A stretch of DNA of 27,269 bases from Octopus sinensis (taxonomy: Eukaryota): assembly GCF_006345805.1 (NCBI RefSeq), contig NW_021833401.1:1-27269 (forward strand). Direction: 5' to 3'. Shown here piece by piece: positions 25,237 through 27,269 of the stretch. The notes beneath the pieces were generated by a model. It searched no databases, was not told the DNA's origin, and saw only the letters and a list, made by a program, of their open reading frames with translations. Numbering within the stretch: position 1 is the stretch's first letter; every line of letters starts with the position of its first letter. A program made the position numbers and the translations under genes.

Positions 25237-25440
25237 GGCGTAGGAGTGGCTGTGTGGTAAGTAGCTTGCTTACCAACCACACAGTTCCGGGTTCAGTCCC
25301 ACTGCGTGGCACCTTGGGCAAGTGTCTTCTACTATAGTCTCGGGCCGACCAATGCCTTGTGAGTGGATTTGGTAGATGGAAACTTAAAAGAAGCCTGTCG
25401 TATATATGTATATATATGTGCATGTGTGTCTGTTTTCTCC
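25237..25440 (+). mobile_element. SINE family A 5' half
   Basis: GGCGTAGGAGTGGCTGTGTGGTAAGTAGC...GAAGCCTGTCG followed by microsatellite. Confidence 0.9.
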
Positions 25441-25603
25441 CCAAAAAACCACATGGTTTCGGGTTCAGTCCCACTGCGTGGCACATTGGGCAAGTGTCTT
25501 CTGCTATAGCCTCGGGCTGACCAAAGCCTTGTGAGTGAGTGGATTGGTAGACGGAAACTGAAAGAAGCCCGTCATATATGTGTGTGTATGTATATATATA
25601 TTA

Positions 25604-25636
<33 letters not shown>

Positions 25637-25639
<3 letters not shown>

Positions 25640-25890
25640 AGGTCCCGGGTTGAGTCGGGGTTAATCACAGTAAATAAGGTACTCAATACATAGCAGAGTA
25701 AATTAATTTATTTTATAGAAGGAGCTTCTACAGGACTAGAACTGTTTCATTCAAAAGAAATCATCAGGAGCTTCCTGATGATTTCTTTTGAATGAAACAG
25801 TTCTAGTCCTGTAGAAGCTCCTTCTATAAAATAAACTAATTTACTCTGCTATGTACTTATTACTGTGGTTAACCCCGACAACCCGGGACC

Positions 25891-25894
<4 letters not shown>
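25637..25894. mobile_element. Palindromic element E (3-nt spacer) in (TA)n, Penelope-like inverted pseudo-LTR remnant
   Basis: TGTAGGTCCCGGGTTG...TCATCAGGA-GCT-TCCTGATGA...CAACCCGGGACCTACA; the arms differ by a few small indels and substitutions. Confidence 0.85.
25767..25821 (+). ncRNA. Type I hammerhead ribozyme
   Basis: Stem I GGAGCUUC(25767-74)/GAAGCUCC(25814-21); core CUGAUGA (25775-81); stem II U-UUC(UUUU)GAA-U; GAAA (25794-97); stem III ACAG/CUGU with loop UUCUAGUC. Cleavage triplet is GUA (after 25813). Confidence 0.8.
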
Positions 25895-25955
<61 letters not shown>

Positions 25956-26587
25956 CTACATGTAGAAGCTCCTTCTATAAAATAAAATTATATATATATA
26001 TATATGTATGTGTATATGTTTGTGTGTCTGTGTTTGGATCCCCAACATCGCTTGACAACCGATGCTGGTGTGTTTACATCCCCGTAACTTAGCGGTTCGG
26101 CAAAAAAGACCTTGTTTGCAAGGTGGATTGTTGTGTAGTCCACAGATCTTTGTATAAAAGTTGTAGAAGTTCTTTTAATCATTGATTGGGTCAGTTGCAA
26201 AACAAGATTCCTTACGTTGGGATCAGCCATCTGAAATTAATTTTATATGTTGTCGTCGAAACAGAGAAGAAGCAAATGTTTTAGAAAATATGACAGACGA
26301 GTTTTTTTCTCAGACGAAAAAATGTTTTATTCAACAACAATGGAAATAATAACCTGGTTACAGAGAAAAAAAGTTCAGAAGTAAAGAAACAACAAAAAAA
26401 TCAATCTTTAAATATTACATTCGGAAAGTAAATACATGGACCTGTCTTTGTGTGTAACAGAATGTCCCAGAATGCATACAAAGCATATGACAGAAAAAGA
26501 GGTGAATTTGTGTGAATGAGAGAAATATCGGTGCCATTTTAGCGAGTGGTCCACCTGGCCATTTTACACTTCAGCGTGTAGACTCAT

Positions 26588-26657
26588 CTTAACCATAATC
26601 CTAACCCTAAACCGTATTCCTAACTTTAAACCAAAGTTCTAACCCTAACCCTTAATC
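26588..26657. repeat. Degenerate (CCCTAA)n telomere-like tract
   Basis: CTTAACCATAATCCTAACCCTAAACC...TTCTAACCCTAACCCTTAA. Confidence 0.55.
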
Positions 26658-26789
26658 CAGATCAGGTCATTTCACAGCAGTTTAGACCATACCACTGTAA
26701 ACCATACTCTGATGTAGTGCCGACCTATTTTCTATTTTCTATTACCAAGTTGAACATCGATTCATGCTGGTGAAAAATAAACTGTGAAA

Positions 26790-27269
26790 TCTCTCTATAT
26801 ATAAAGCTGAAGCTGTCTGTGTGTGGCAAGTTTGGTAGCCTTCAACTAACACTATCTCCTCCGAGACCCTGCGGCGCAAGTTGACCAAAATTGAGAGTAT
26901 GGTAGAAGAAGGCTTGCTCTTCCTTCCGTTGAAGATAAAATTCAAATCGGACCATGTTAAGACCAAAAATTATTTACATCAAAAAGGTGCTTTTTTCTAT
27001 GAAAATCCCTATTTTTTACGATTTTTTGACTGCTGTGTCGCCATTTTTCGGGGTATTGCAACCAGAAAAATTGAGAGTATGATAGAAGAAGGCTTGCTCT
27101 TCATTTCGTAGATGAAAAAATTCAAATCGGACCATGTTAACACCAAAAATTATTTACATAAAAAAGGTGCTCTTTTTCTATGAAAATCCCTATTTTTTAC
27201 GATGTTTTGACTGCTGTGTCGCCATTTTTCGGGGTATTTCAGAAAATGTTCACTTAAAGAGAATAAAAG
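26790..27269 (+). mobile_element. Putative non-autonomous Helitron-like element, 5' end, with an internal 180-bp tandem repeat; runs off the window
   Basis: Begins A|TCTCTCTATATATAAAGCTG followed by GTCTGTGTGT, like animal Helitron 5' ends. AAAATTGAGAGTATG recurs at 26887 and 27067. The 3' hairpin/CTRR end is not visible. Confidence 0.5.

Larger units (their letters stand above)
25447..26107 (+). mobile_element. SINE family A copy interrupted in its internal microsatellite by palindrome E
   Basis: 5' part at 25447-25573; the body resumes at ~26020-26107 (CATCGCTTGACAACCGATGCTGG...AGCGGTTCGGCAAAA). Confidence 0.88.

Noticed and set aside
21805-25686. ORFs of 60-180 aa (e.g. 23905-24315, 24944-25486)
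   Set aside because: They lie mostly within SINE copies, often use non-ATG starts and show no recognisable domain.

Overview
AT-rich eukaryotic non-coding DNA. The repeat families look like those of an octopus (cephalopod) genome, a recognition from memory rather than a search. No protein-coding gene is supported: the listed ORFs are microsatellite or SINE read-throughs. A ~15.7 kb tandem array (5745-21454) of a 40-bp, ~88-90% AT, self-complementary monomer dominates the window, and its variant blocks recur in higher-order patterns. The flanks are a nested mosaic of at least four tRNA-derived SINE families, (TA)n/(CA)n microsatellites, an LTR-like element, a Helitron-like 5' end and five long inverted-repeat (fold-back) elements. 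The strongest signal is a near-canonical type I hammerhead ribozyme at the centre of the palindrome at 25637-25894. A second, minimal hammerhead-like motif lies at 1854-1889 (minus), and a strand-specific multibranch RNA fold at 1043-1188 (minus). Together these suggest non-autonomous, ribozyme-bearing Penelope-like fold-back retroelements that insert into AT microsatellites.
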